From Callorhinchus milii (taxonomy: Eukaryota): 64,000 nt of DNA. Made by a program: the position numbers and the translations under genes. Positions within the stretch are counted from its first letter, which is position 1. Every line of letters begins with the position of its first letter. The stretch lies in NCBI RefSeq assembly GCF_018977255.1, contig NW_024704742.1, positions 136,092,001 to 136,156,000 of the forward strand. Reading direction: 5' to 3'. The notes below the pieces were generated by a model. The model searched no databases and had not been told where the DNA came from. It saw only the letters and a list, made by a program, of their open reading frames with translations. Below are positions 50,270-62,649 of the stretch, piece after piece.

Positions 50270-50690
50270 TTCACGTCAGGAGGACGTCTAAAAGCGCTTC
50301 CCAGGATTTACTGTAAAGTGTAGTGATGGTCCATTTGTTAGCCAATGCACCCACAGCAATGTTCCACAAACAGCCACGAAGGCAACGACCCAATCCAATT
50401 TTACCGTGTGGATTGTTTGGCCAGGACACTGACCAACTCCCTTCTCTTTTCCAATAGTGCAATGGAATTTTAATATCCACACGGGACCTCTGTTCAGCAG
50501 CTCAACAAGGGACGGCATCTCCAGCAATGTAGTGTTTCCCCAGCCCAACCACCACCCCCCCCACCCCCACCACTCCGACTGCACTGGAACATTAGCCGAG
50601 ACCTGTGAATTCCAAGTCCAGACATTCGGGTTGAACCTACAACCTTCAGACTCAGAGTTGAGATCGCTACCGACTGAGCCAGGCTGACAT
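50270..50690 (-). mobile_element. SINE family B, near full length
   Basis: Tail, centre and head (CTGAGCCAGGCTGACA) in reverse. Confidence 0.82.
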
Positions 50691-51804
50691 CAATGATCTG
50701 TATTGCTGCAGCGTTAGCCAAAACTCTTGCACACAGCGGCCAAATATTGAATTAAGCTTGTACTCAAATGGACATAAAACATGAGAAAGGCAGAATACGG
50801 TACTAAAGAAGGCCATTCGGCCTATTGTGCCGGTACTTTTTTACAAATATTCGAGCAGGTCGAAATGTTAGGCAAGTTTCCTTACTCCACACGCCTCTGT
50901 TTACCGAGCAATAATAATAATAATAATAATCCTTGCATTTGATATAGCGCTTTTCACGTCGGGAGGACGTCCCAAAGCGCTTCACAGAACACACTGTAAA
51001 ATGAATTGACTGTATATTTGTGGGCGAACGCGGCAGCCAATTGCACACAGCAATGTCCCACAAACAGTCGTAGATTGAAAATGACCCATTTATTATTGTT
51101 TTTTGTTTTTGGAGGGATTATTAAGTAGGTTGTAAGTAGGTTGGTGGATCAATTTTTCCGGAGAGAATAATCCCTTAAAAAAAATTTGGTCACTCAATCC
51201 ACCACTGTTTGCGCGACGCTGCTGTGCCCAATTGGCTGCTGCGTTTTGACCACAAAACACAGTCAATTCACTTTACAGTCTATCCTGTGAGACTTTACAG
51301 TCTATCCTTGAGACGTCTCGAAGATGTGATAAGGCGCTATACCAAATGCGAGGATTATTATTGTGGTGACTATTTGTCTCATTTCAAACAGCGATTGCAA
51401 TTGGACGTTGTGTGTCCAGTTACCAATTTTCCACAGAGAGGAATAGATGTGGTGGGGGCTTGTGTGGAGTATTTAACTTTGGCCACAGACTGGTTGATTT
51501 TTTTGTAGCTTATCTCCATATATTTGGCCAATTTCCTCTTGAATATAATTGTGCAGCCGTTCCCGTTGGTGTAGCGCATAGAGCTGCAGCATATGGACCC
51601 AGAGCTTTCTAGTTTCAACCCAATCGTAGCTGCTGGTGGACTGCCAGAGCGAGACTTAATTGGACCTGACTCTCCAGGGTTAGGGAGATGGAAAGCAGTC
51701 AGGATTCCTGCTCCAAGCTTCACTGCAGCTCCCTCTACTGATCTTGTATGTGATTGGCAGTTGTGTCAGGAGAGATCAGGCTTTTAGATGTGAGGCACAG
51801 AATA

Positions 51805-52172
51805 AGATCCGTGCGTTCGCATTTGATATTTGCGTTTGCCTCATCGCGTCTTCGAGACGTCTCAAAGCGCTACACTGTAAAGTGAATTGACTGTGTTTTG
51901 TGGGCGACACGTGGCAGCCAATTGCGCACAGCAGTGTCCCACAAACAGTGGCGGATTGAGTCACCAAATTATTATTTATTGGTTTATTTGGAGGGATTAT
52001 TACTCCCGGAAAGTGATCTGCAAATCGACTAATAACTGGGTTCCTACTTACTGCTGGGTAAACAGAGGCGGGTGGAGTAAGGAAACTTGCCCAACATTTC
52101 GCTCTGCCCGGGAATCGATCCCAGTTCCTCTCACTTGCGAGGCAAGTGCTCTAACCACTGAGCTACAGGACT
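51805..52172 (-). mobile_element. SINE family A, full length
   Basis: Head ends CTAACCACTGAGCTACAGGACT. Confidence 0.9.
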
Positions 52173-52964
52173 TCACTTACAGGGAGCTGGTCAATTGAGA
52201 TGTGTCTCGTGCCCAGAACAGAAGACAAGTCAAGTCAAGAAAAAGTCAAGGGAGAAACTATGGAATAAGATTAATAGCCCAATACTGTACACAAAAAGAG
52301 GTCGCGGACCTGAGCTGAGAAGAGGGAAGTTGAATAAGGAGCTCAGATTAAAATATGTTCCTTAGCAAATGGTGTATGTGAGACAGCGGCTCAGGGTGGT
52401 GATGGAGGGAGTTTTGTGCCAGTAAATTCTTTTGTTTTAAAAGCCCTTTTTAGCGGATGCAATTATTTTTCTACCCTGGGCCCAGTCTCCTCATGTCGGG
52501 GTGAAGTTCCTCAGTCACTGATGCCCTCACCCAAGTGGTAATTGTTCATCATAATTTGGTCACTCAATCACCGACTGTTTGTGGGACGCTGCTGTGCGCA
52601 ATTGGCTGCCGCGTTTCACCCACAAATATACAGTCGACTCACTTTAGAGTCTATTCTGCGAAGCGCTTTGAGATGTCAACACTGCAATACGGCACAATGT
52701 CAAATGGAAGGATTGTTATTACAGAAAAACACAGTCACTTACAGTAAGTTGCAGTAATGAGGCAGCAATTATTGTGAAGGATTTGGAGACATTTCAACAT
52801 ACTTCTTTTTTTGAATAGCATGTCAATGATTTTTCCAGGTCTCCCTTTCTTACAAGAAAGCTTGTGATTTTTTTGAACACTAACCCATCCCTCAGACAGA
52901 ATAAATATTTTTTTACACTGTTGGGTTGAAATATTCATCTCGAAGTGCAACTTTAATATTCCAT

Positions 52965-53105
52965 AACAAAACCAGAAGTCGCTGGGAACACTCAGCAGGT
53001 GAGGCAGAATCGACGGAGAAAGGAAAGTGAGTCAATGATTCGGGTCCACGACCCTTTGTCAGAAAGCTTTTGTTTCAGATTTCCAGCATCTGCAGTGTTT
53101 TGTTT
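52965..53105 (-). mobile_element. Penelope-like element terminal-repeat remnant with decayed hammerhead ribozyme core
   Basis: The minus strand reads CTGACAA-AGGGTC-GTG-GACCC-GAAT-CATTGAC, then TCTGCCTCACCTGCTGAGTGTTCCCAGC. The adjacent plus-strand TTTCAGATTTCCAGCATCTGCAGT gives the partly inverted end layout typical of Penelope insertions. Family assignment is from recall. Confidence 0.7.
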
Positions 53106-53185
53106 AATATTCAATTATTCATACCTACAATCGCTCAGTTTGTTGGAATCCGTCTCCACAACCTTTTAAGATTATGAATACAAAC

Positions 53186-53545
53186 AGACCTGTAGCTCAG
53201 TGTTAGAGCACTCGCCTCACAAGCGAGAGGACCCGGGTTCGATTCCCGGCCGGGGCGAAACCTTAGGCAAGTTTCCTTACTCCACACACCTGTTTATCCA
53301 ACAGTAAGTAGGAATTCGGTTATTAGTCGACTGGTGGATCACCTTTCCAGTCGCTCCAAAAAATCATAATAATAATATGGCCACTCAATCCACAACCGTT
53401 TGCGGGACTCTGCTTTGCGCACTTGGCTGCCGCGTTTCGCCCACAAAATATACAGTAAATTCACTTTACAGTCTCCTGTGAAGCGCTTTGAGATGACGGA
53501 AAGATGTGATAAGGCGCAAATCAATATCAAATCAAGGATTATTAT
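53186..53545 (+). mobile_element. SINE family A, full length
   Basis: Intact B box GGTTCGATTCC; complete tail. Confidence 0.92.
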
Positions 53546-54600
53546 CTGGGGTTTGTCAGATGTGTAAGGACCACATAGACTATTCTTCTTTTGGAGGAGG
53601 TAAGTGGGGTCGGATGTTTAACAAATTACATTTATGTATCGCCTTTCACGTCGGAAGGATGTCCCAAGGCACAGAAAGCTTAAAAGGAGTCGAGGTGGAG
53701 GGATTGAGGGAGAGAGTTCCAGTTTCAGGTAAAGGCGGTAAAGTCTCACAAACATCAAAGAGGTTTGATATGATCATCGTGTGTTGTCCGGATTCTTGCC
53801 CCCTGCCCCCGTTCACCCCCACCAGCCCCAGTCAATCTTTTCCATTCCAATCCACGCCTTAAGTAAGATCTCAACAGAGGGTTTGAGATAAGTCAACCTG
53901 ACCCTGAGCACCATCTACTGGAGCAGTTGAGAACAGAGGCAGTGGCAGCCTTGACGAGTTTGGTCGCAGCCGGATCTAGTCGCCAGACGGACTGAAAATG
54001 GTTTGACAGTGAACGTGTTGAAGGGAGGGCAAATATTTTCAGAAGGTGTGGTGTGGTGCTGGTGGGGAACCGTCATCCCGGTTAAGAACGAGGGAAGGAG
54101 TTTTGATTTTATTCCTCCCGTTCGATACAGCGCTTTTCTAATAAATCGGTCACTTCAACCCACGGCTGTTTGCGGGACAATTCGCTGCCGCGTTTCGCCC
54201 GCAAAACATACAGTCGCCACACTTTGCAGTATATCCTGTGAAGCGCTTTGAGACATCTCGAAGACGTGATGAGGCGCTGTATCAAACGCAAGGATTATCA
54301 CTATTGTTATATCCGCGCATCTCAAAGGTTTGCTGGGAGGTGTAGTGACTGTGTTATTTTGCAGGCTAACGTGGCAGCCATTTTCCTCGCAGCAGTGTCC
54401 CACAAACAGTCATAAGGTGAATTGTCGGCCAGGACACGAGAAGAGAGGTACCTCCCATTTCTTTTTGAGTAGCACTACAGGATCTTTAACGTCCTGAACA
54501 GGGAGACGGGTTATCAGTTTAATGTTTCATCTGAAGGATGGCACCTCCAACAGTGCAGCCGCCCACCCCCCACCCCTCAGCACTGTGCTGGAATCACTGT

Positions 54601-54928
54601 GGAGTCCTTTTGTAAGGTCGTGGTTAGAGCACTCACCTCACGAGCGAGAGGACCCGTGTTCAATTCCCGGGCAGGGCGAAACCTTAGCCGACAACAACAA
54701 TAACAACTTACATTTATACAGGCAAGTTCGCTTACTCCACCACCAGGTTGTCAGTTGGCGGATCGCTTTCCGGGGGTAATAATCACTTAAAAAAAAAGTA
54801 ATAATAATCTGGTCGCTCAGATGTTTTGGGGATAGCGGTATATCCTGTGAAGTGCTTTGAGATGTTTTAACAACGTTATAAGGCGCTATCAAACTCAAAG
54901 ATTATCATTATTAATATTACTATTATAT
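54601..54928 (+). mobile_element. SINE family A, deleted, with a short antisense L2-tail insert near 54690-54720
   Basis: Homology to the other copies. Confidence 0.8.
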
Positions 54929-56540
54929 ATTCAACGTCCCAACATGGGGGTTGAACCTTCCACCGAAGAGGCAAGAGGACAAGGAACGCCACCCACTCCT
55001 CCTCCCTTCTGGGAGCCAGAGGGGATAAGACCACTCACAGACAGCCTGACTCAGTCAAGGTTGTTCCTGCCTCTGGGTGAGAAGGTGTGGGTTTAAGACC
55101 CATTCAGGCTCGTAGTCGAGGCTAACATTCCAGCCCAGTGCTGGGCGGAGGGGAGTGCCGCCTTGTCAGAAGTGCCAACGCCTTTCATGAGACGTTAATC
55201 CAAGATCCCGTCAGATCCTGTGTTTCGTCCACAAATACAGTCACTGCGCTTGACAGTATGTTCCGTGAAGCGCTTTGAGACGTCTCAATGGGTGATAAGG
55301 CGCTGTATGAAATGCAAGGATTGTTATCAAAGATCCGAGAGCGCTAATGAAAGATAAAACAAACGTTTCTCTCAGCGTCTGGGCACTCGCTTCATGACTG
55401 TGTTTCTGCTGTGTTTAACTTGGCTGCAGTCACTACACTTGGCTGCTACCGTTCACTCTGACGCATTTCCGCAGATCAAATGTGAGGATTACTGTCATTT
55501 AGCCGCTGTCCCCTGCCTGCAGCCTTTGGGGGCATGAGGAGGCAGATGTTTGCTTGGTTTTCACAGCAGAAACCATTTAAACCAGTTTGGCCCCTATTTC
55601 TGATGGCGAAACACATGTGACTGGCTCTGCATGCAGAATAGACACCATTGACTGAGTGATGCTGTGAGGCCATCTGCCATGGTATCGTTCTGACGACTTC
55701 TCTGTGGTACTAAGGAGTAAGAGCACAGCCCAGTTCACAGGTTTAATAAGAAACAAATACATATCAGATAATAAAAACCCTTGCATTTGATGCAATGACT
55801 TGCACGTTAGGTGATATCTCAAAGCGCTTCACGTAATTTGTAATGCAGTGATAATAATTATAATAATCCTTGCATTTGTTACAGCGCCTCAACACATCTT
55901 TAAGACATCTCAAAGCGCTTCACACGATATACTGTAAAGTGAATCGACTCTGTTTTGTGGGCGAAACGCAGCAGCCGATTGCGCACAGCGGCGTCCCTAC
56001 AAACAGCCGTGGATTGAAGTGACCAATTTATTATTGTTATGCAGCGACTGTGGATTTATGGGCAAATGCAGCAGCCAATTTGTGCACAGCAACGTCCACA
56101 ACAACGAATGAATTTTAACTGTGAATTGTCAGCTAGGATACCGGGAAGAAAGTGCCTTCTCTTTTCGAATAGCGCCGTGAGATCTTTTAACGTTTGCCTG
56201 AATAAACACAGACGAGACCTTAGCTTATCTGAAGGTTGAGATCTGGCCACTCTCAAACTGTTTTGTGTCTCATCGAAGGAAAGCATTGGGGTATTGTTAC
56301 CATATTGGTGTGAGGGACGGGGAGTTGTGTGGAGGTTTGAGACACTGACTTCCACCCCCCACCCCCCACCTACAAAGAACACAGTTTGGATATAGCAATT
56401 TATTCAGGGCGACATCTCAAAGGGCTTCACAGTTAATTTACAGGTAAGGTCCACAACAACAGATTACGTTTGTATAGCCCTCAGACTAGGCTGCACCCAG
56501 CACTACACTGGAGTATCAGTCTAGACAGTGAGCTTAAAGT

Positions 56541-56936
56541 AGTAATAATAATAATAATCCTTGCATTCGATATAGCGTCTTATCACATCGTGGAGACATC
56601 ACAAAGGGCTTCACAAAACATACTGCAAAGTGAATTGACTGTATGTTTCGTGGATGAAACACGGCAGCTAATAGCACACAGCAGTGTCCCACAAAAACAG
56701 CTGTGGAATGAGAGACCAAAATTATTATTATTTATTTATTTTTTTGAAAGGATTTATTACACCCAGAAAGCGATCCGCCAATCAACTAACAACTGGGTTC
56801 CTCCTTACGCTAGGTAAACAGGCGTGCGGAGTAAGGAAACTTGCCCAAGGTTTTCCCCGCTTGGAAATCAAATCCTGGTCCTCTCGCTTGTGAGGTGAGG
56901 AGTGTTCTAACTAAACAAAACTAGCTACAGAACTCC
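56541..56936 (-). mobile_element. SINE family A, full length
   Basis: Homology to the other copies. Confidence 0.9.
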
Positions 56937-58851
56937 CGATGTGAAGGGAGCTATATATATATATGCAAGGATTATAATAAATTACGGTTTTAGTTGAATT
57001 GAATAAAAGCACTCAACCTGGGGCATCAACAGAACCATCTTTGTAAGGTTCTGTCCCTAATAAATCTCGCTTTTATTTGGCTTAGTTTAAACCTGAATAC
57101 TAATTTGCTGTTACTGGGCCATGAGAGGGCCTAATTATCTTGCAGTATTCTACAGTGTCATTCGGGGGTATGTCTGCACCATTTTAAACCAGCACATCCC
57201 CTTTGGAATGCGATACACTTGTAAAGGCGACATCTTGGTGTTGTCACGAGGAGAGGTTTCCTGTTTAAAATGAATTGGGGCGAAGGAAATCACCAGCTAC
57301 ATGCCGTACTGTAACATAGCACCACAGCTTGATCGGAAAGTTGTAGGTTTAGGGACTTTTGAGCTCACAGTCTAGACCAAGACTCCACTGCAGGTTGGGG
57401 AAAGCTCCGCATTGTCAGAGACGCACAGCAGTGTCCCACAAAGCGATCCCTCAATCGACTAACAACCAGGTTCCTACTTACTGCTAAACAGATGGTGTGT
57501 GGAGTAAGGAAACCTGCCTAAGGTTTGATGTAGCGCCCTATATCAACTGTCTCAACACGCTTCACAGCCCACTGCACTTTACAACAATTACCTGTGACAT
57601 TCTGTGACAGTTTGACATTATGGGCTCGATGTTAAATCTAATTACTGGACGTGTGGTTTTGCTGATTCAGGTTTAGTCGCCTATAGAGCAACATCCAGTT
57701 TTATTCATTAAGTTGGTCGTTCACTTCATGGCTGTTTGTGAGACACTGATGTGCGCAAATTGTCTCCTGCATTTCGCCCATAAAATATACGGTCAATTCA
57801 CTTTACAGTAGTATACGCACCTGAAGCACTTTGAGACGTCCGGTCGACGTGATACGGCACTATATGAAATGCAAGGATTATTATTACATCAAATGCAAGA
57901 TTATTAATAATACGAATAATAAATACAGTCACTGCAATTAATAGTAAATACTTGTGAAGTAATTTGAGACTTCCCCAGTATGATATATCCTATATACATA
58001 TGCAAGAATTATTACTATTTACAATCAAAGCGCTTTGTGATGTTTATTTCACAAAAAAAACGCTATATAAATAAGTTATTATTATTGTCGTCCCGGTGCT
58101 TAATGTTCAAATAGCTCACGCAGCCTACTTTGATGTGACTAATGTGCTAACGTGATCTGCATTGGCCGATGAGGTCAAGGGACCTCTGGTGTCTCAAGTG
58201 ATTTCAACACTTGACTCCCAAGTTGGAGGTCAAACAGATCTCTGTCAACTCGTCACTTTAGATACTTGTCTGTTGTTTGTTGTCCCCATCAAGAAAAGGG
58301 AGAAAGACACTGCGATGACAGTCAGATGAAGCATCCGACCAAGTTCTTAGCCGCCTATTCTTCGGGTGCTTGTCTACCATAAGATCCCATGACATTATTG
58401 GGAAAGAAAAGGGAGGGTCTCCATACAGTCCTGACCGGAAATCTTTCAAATTGATGCCCAGCTGTTTGTGGGCCTTGTTGCTCTCCATGGAAAGAGTTGC
58501 CTCCAAAAGTAACTCACTAAACCCCACGTTAATTGTCCTTGTCCTCACTTTTAAAGCCATCCTTCGACCTCAATCCGTCAATCTACTAACAACTGGCTCC
58601 TACTTACTGCTAAGTAAGTAAGGAAACTTTGTACCCAAAAGATAAACAATAAAATCAAATCATTGTATCACAATAAAGGTTTTAAATTGACGAGAAAATA
58701 AAGAATAATTCTCAAGCCCCATTGCAGACAAGAATCATAAACATTGAAATAAAGACAGAATAAAATAGTAAAGGATGACAATCACAAACATGTTCCGTGT
58801 AAACATTAATACAGGAGTCAAACTATTGCAAAGTTTAAAATAAACGTCACA

Positions 58852-60112
58852 TTCAATACAATACAAAATTACATTTACACAGAGCCTTTCATGTCGGGAA
58901 GACGTCCCAAGGTGCTGGACAGTCAGAGATTTGGACCCGAGCTGGGGGTCAGGGAGGATGGAGGGCAGGGAAGGTAGGTGGGTGGCCGATGGCTCAGTGG
59001 AAGACGAGGGTTTTGAGATGCGCCTTGGAGGAGGCAAGTGAGGGAGCGAGGCGAAGCGAATGCGGGATGGGGTTCCATAGAGTGGGGGCAGAAAGGCTGA
59101 AGGTCCGACCGCCGATGGTGGAGTGGGCCAAGCGGGGCTTGAAGCTGTCCGGAGCTCGCTGAGCAGAGGGAGCGGACAGATTGACATGGGGTCAGTAGAT
59201 CACACAGATAGGAGAGGGGCAAGGTCCTGGAGGGCTTTGAGAGCGAGGACGAGGATTTTGAATTCTATCTTTCTGAGGGATGGGGAGCCAGTGAGCCGGG
59301 CGAGGGTGGGGGTGATGGGGTCACGGAGCCTGGTGCAGGAGAGTACACGGGCTGCAGAGTTCTGGATGATCTGCCCGGTGGAGCCGGGCGATGTTGTGGA
59401 GGTGGGGGAAGGCAGAGCGGGTCATGGCGCAGATGTGGGGTAGAGAGTTGAGGGTCAAACAAGACTCCGAGGTTCCGGACTGGCTTAGCGAGGTGGAATG
59501 TGCAACCATGGATGGTGATGCTGTCAGCGCCTGAGGTGAGGAGGCGCTGACCGGTGCCAATCAGGAGAGCCTCGGTCTTGTTGACGTTCAACTGAAGAAA
59601 ATTAGCTCTCATCCAGGACTTGATGTCTGACAGATATTCTGTCAGCACAGCAGTGGTCCTGGAGTCAAGGGCGGAGGCAGAGAGAAAGAGTTGGGTGTCA
59701 TCCGCATACATGTGGAAGTTGACCCCATGTCTGTGGATGTCACCAAGAGGGAGCATATAGATATTGGAGAGGAGGGGACCAAGGACACAACCCTGAGGAA
59801 CGCCGCACGAGACAGTCCGGGGGATAGAGAACAAGCCGTTTGGGGAGTTGAAGTGCAGGTGGTGTGAGAGGTACAATCTGAACCAGTCAAGGACAGAGCC
59901 ATGGAGGTTGAGGCGAGAGGAGAGACGGAGGATGAGGATAGAGTGGTCAACAGTGTTGAAGGCAGCAGAAAGGTCAAGGAGGACGAGGAGGCAGAGGGAG
60001 CCCTGGTCGCAGATGGACAGAATGTCATTTATCACTTTGATCAGAGCTGTTTCTGTGCTGTGGGCGGCACGGAAACCCGATTAAGGGGTTCGTGAAGGGA
60101 GTGACGGGAGAG
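58852..60112 (-). mobile_element. L2 LINE, 5'-truncated, retaining most of the reverse transcriptase domain (non-functional)
   Basis: SGFRAAHSTETALIKVIND, LDLSAAFNTVDH, GVPQGCVLGPLL, YADDTQL, LNVNKTE (ORF 59265-60035). Frameshift and deletion downstream; no endonuclease domain. Confidence 0.95.
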
Positions 60113-60740
60113 GATACATCAGATTCACCCTGAAACGGGCACAACTCAATATGGAACGTGCTTTGCACAGAGCACGAAGCGAAACTTGTTATCACAGAAA
60201 GATTTGACACTGTTTCATATTAATTGTGTTTATAATTTTGTGGGATCATGTATATCCAACTTTTCCACTGGTTTTTTAACATCGGATAATCAGGAATCGT
60301 GTGATGAAACTTCAGGTTAATGGCTCTGTAAAACAGACAAAAAAAAATCAAAGGTATTTATTTGAAGGAATGAAGATTAACCTCATCGAATAACATCATA
60401 TTGATGTCCCTTATAACATGCTGAAGTACAGCATATTGTCTCTGACAATCTCCCAGCCTGTGACTTCAATTCAATTGCCGCTGATATTGATAGAAATAGT
60501 ATTCCAACTGGTTGCAATGATGTCTTGTCAGCCGAGGCAATGTTTAGAATGGAAGAAAAACTCTTTACGCTCAAGTTTCAGCGAATAACCGAACATGATC
60601 TCAGTTATTGATTCAGGAAAATAAAATTTGGGGAAATGATCATCGAGTCAATTAAAGGAAATGGCGTAAAGAGTTTTGGACAGTAACAAAAAAAAATCAA
60701 ACGTTTTAGTCCCATCCGATAAGGCGCTCTATCAAATGCA

Positions 60741-61320
60741 AGAATCATAGAATCATAGAATCGTACAGCACAAAAAGAGGCCATTCGGCCCATCGAGTCT
60801 GTGCGGCTCTTTTGAATAGAGCAATGCAATGTCAATCCCGCTCCCCAGCCCTTTCCCCATAACCTGCAAACCCGTCCTCCTCAAATACCCGTCCACCGCG
60901 TTTTTAAAAGTAGTTATCGAATCGGCCTCGACCGCCCTTTCAGGCAATGGGTTCCAGATTCGAACAATTCGCTGCGTGAAAAAATTTCCTCACCTCCCCT
61001 CTGCTTCTTTTAGAGACTATTTTGAATCTGTGACCTCGAGTAACCGACACACCCACCAGTGGGAACAGCTTTTCCCTTTCTAACCTGTCAAATCCCCTCA
61101 TGATTTTGAAGACCTCTCCTCGTAACCTTCTCTACTCCAATGAGGATAATCCCGGCCTCTCTCGCCTTTCCTCATAATCACGGTCCCTCATTCCTGGTAC
61201 CATCCTCGTAAATCTCCTCTGTACCCTTTCCAATGCCTTAAAATCCTTCCCATAGTGCGGTGCCCAGAACTGGGGCAGTATTCTAACTGAGGCCTAACCA
61301 GTGATTTATATGGGTTAATA
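60741..61320 (-). mobile_element. CR1 LINE 3' fragment with (ATTCTATG)n tail
   Basis: PERAVEADSITTFKNAVDGYL C-terminal motif; AGAATCAT octamer repeats at the end. Confidence 0.9.
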
Positions 61321-61923
61321 GAATCATAGAATCGTACAAGGATTATTATTATTATTATTACACATGTTCACTACCCTTCAGTCTAATATCAACATCAGGA
61401 CTGTGATTGATTGGAATCACTGGTTGGTGCTGGTCAAGCGGATCAGCCTTTACTGAACACCACTGTCCTATGACCGCGGTGATTAATGCCAGGCACTGGG
61501 GCGTTCCTGTGGTGGGAAATAATGCAGTAAATCATGAAGCCCTAACCTCACCTGTTTGATCTGGATGTTCTGATCAGACGGTGCAGAGCTCAGGAGATTC
61601 CCTTTGATTCCCAATCAGAACCTGTCTGTCCTGCTCCGTGTCATTGCTACAGTCAACATCATCATCGCCAACACACAGCCCGAGTCATCAGGAAACAGCC
61701 GGACACTGTGTGTGTGATATCCATCCCCTGTACAGAAAAACATTGTTTATTAGTAATTGTTCCGAGCTCAGTCCATGTGTATGTGTCTGTGTGTGTATTT
61801 GTTGAACGTGTGTGTACGTATATCTGTGTGTGTGCTTTGTGTGTATGTGAATGGATGTGTACGTGTGTGTATATGTGTGTGGTGTGTGTATATGTGTGTG
61901 TGCGTGAATGTGTGTATATTTGT

Positions 61924-62230
61924 GTGTTCCCATCACACAGAGGACAGAGTTCAAGTTCCTAGTCCTCACCTTCAAAGCCCTCCGCGGTCTTGCTTCCCCC
62001 CTACCCCTGTGACCTCCTAACCCCCTACCATCGTGCTCGCTCCCTCCACTCAGTGGGCTCCGGCCTGTTTCACGTCCCCCACTATTGGCGGGCGGGCCTT
62101 CCGCCACCCTGCCGCACCCTCTGGAACTCCAACCCATAGTCCCTCCGCCTCGCCCCCCTCCCTCGCCACCCTCAAGACCCTCCTCCCCGACCGTGCTTTC
62201 GATCTCCCCGCTTCCCCCCACCCTCCCCCC
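61924..62230 (+). mobile_element. L2 LINE 3' fragment
   Basis: Colinear with 40470-40870. Confidence 0.85.
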
Positions 62231-62400
62231 AGGCTCGTTTCGCCCACAAAATAGAGTCACTCCACTTTACAGCGTGTGCGAAGGGCTGTGAGACGTCTCG
62301 AAGACGCGATCAGGATTGATGTTGGTATCGTTGCGACGGTACTTCACTGCAAACGTCCGTGGGGGGTTGAGGTGACCGGGGCCTGAACCAAATCCGAGGG

Positions 62401-62510
62401 TTATCTCAGGGACTGACGGTCGGCCGTCCTGGGGCGCGGTCTCTCCGGTGTTTGGGGGTTTCTGGATCGGTGTCGCCGGGTCCTCCGGTCGCGGACGGCA
62501 TCGCCGGAGC
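62401..62510 (-). other. Candidate exon, possibly the terminal coding exon of a minus-strand gene lying beyond the window
   Basis: CpG-rich unique block starting after a minus-strand TTTCAG|G acceptor at 62511. The phase-1 frame reads SGDAVRDRRTRRHRSRNPQTPERPRPRTADRQSLR-stop. A minus-strand AATAAA lies at 61751-61746. No homology recognised and the pyrimidine tract is mediocre. Confidence 0.3.
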
Positions 62511-62612
62511 CTGAAACTCAGCCACAGAAACTCATCGTCATTTACACTGAAGCTTCACAGAGGTTTAGACTCAGTCTCATTACAGTGCTCTACGGAGATT
62601 AACAGCAAAAGA

Positions 62613-62613
62613 T

Positions 62614-62649
<36 letters not shown>

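Noticed and set aside
59265..60035. Functional or domesticated reverse transcriptase gene
   Set aside because: 5'-truncated L2 with a frameshift, an internal deletion and substitutions in conserved motifs; no endonuclease or promoter.
60300..60690. Protein-looking plus-strand reading (HAEVQHIVSDNLPACDFNSIAADIDRN...) as a viral or transposase relic
   Set aside because: Interrupted by stops with no motif I recognise. A blastx hit would be needed to revive it.
62445..62475. SRNPQ peptide shared between the 62.5-kb candidate exon and the 46.9-kb signal exon
   Set aside because: Five residues with different codons and no flanking similarity; coincidence.
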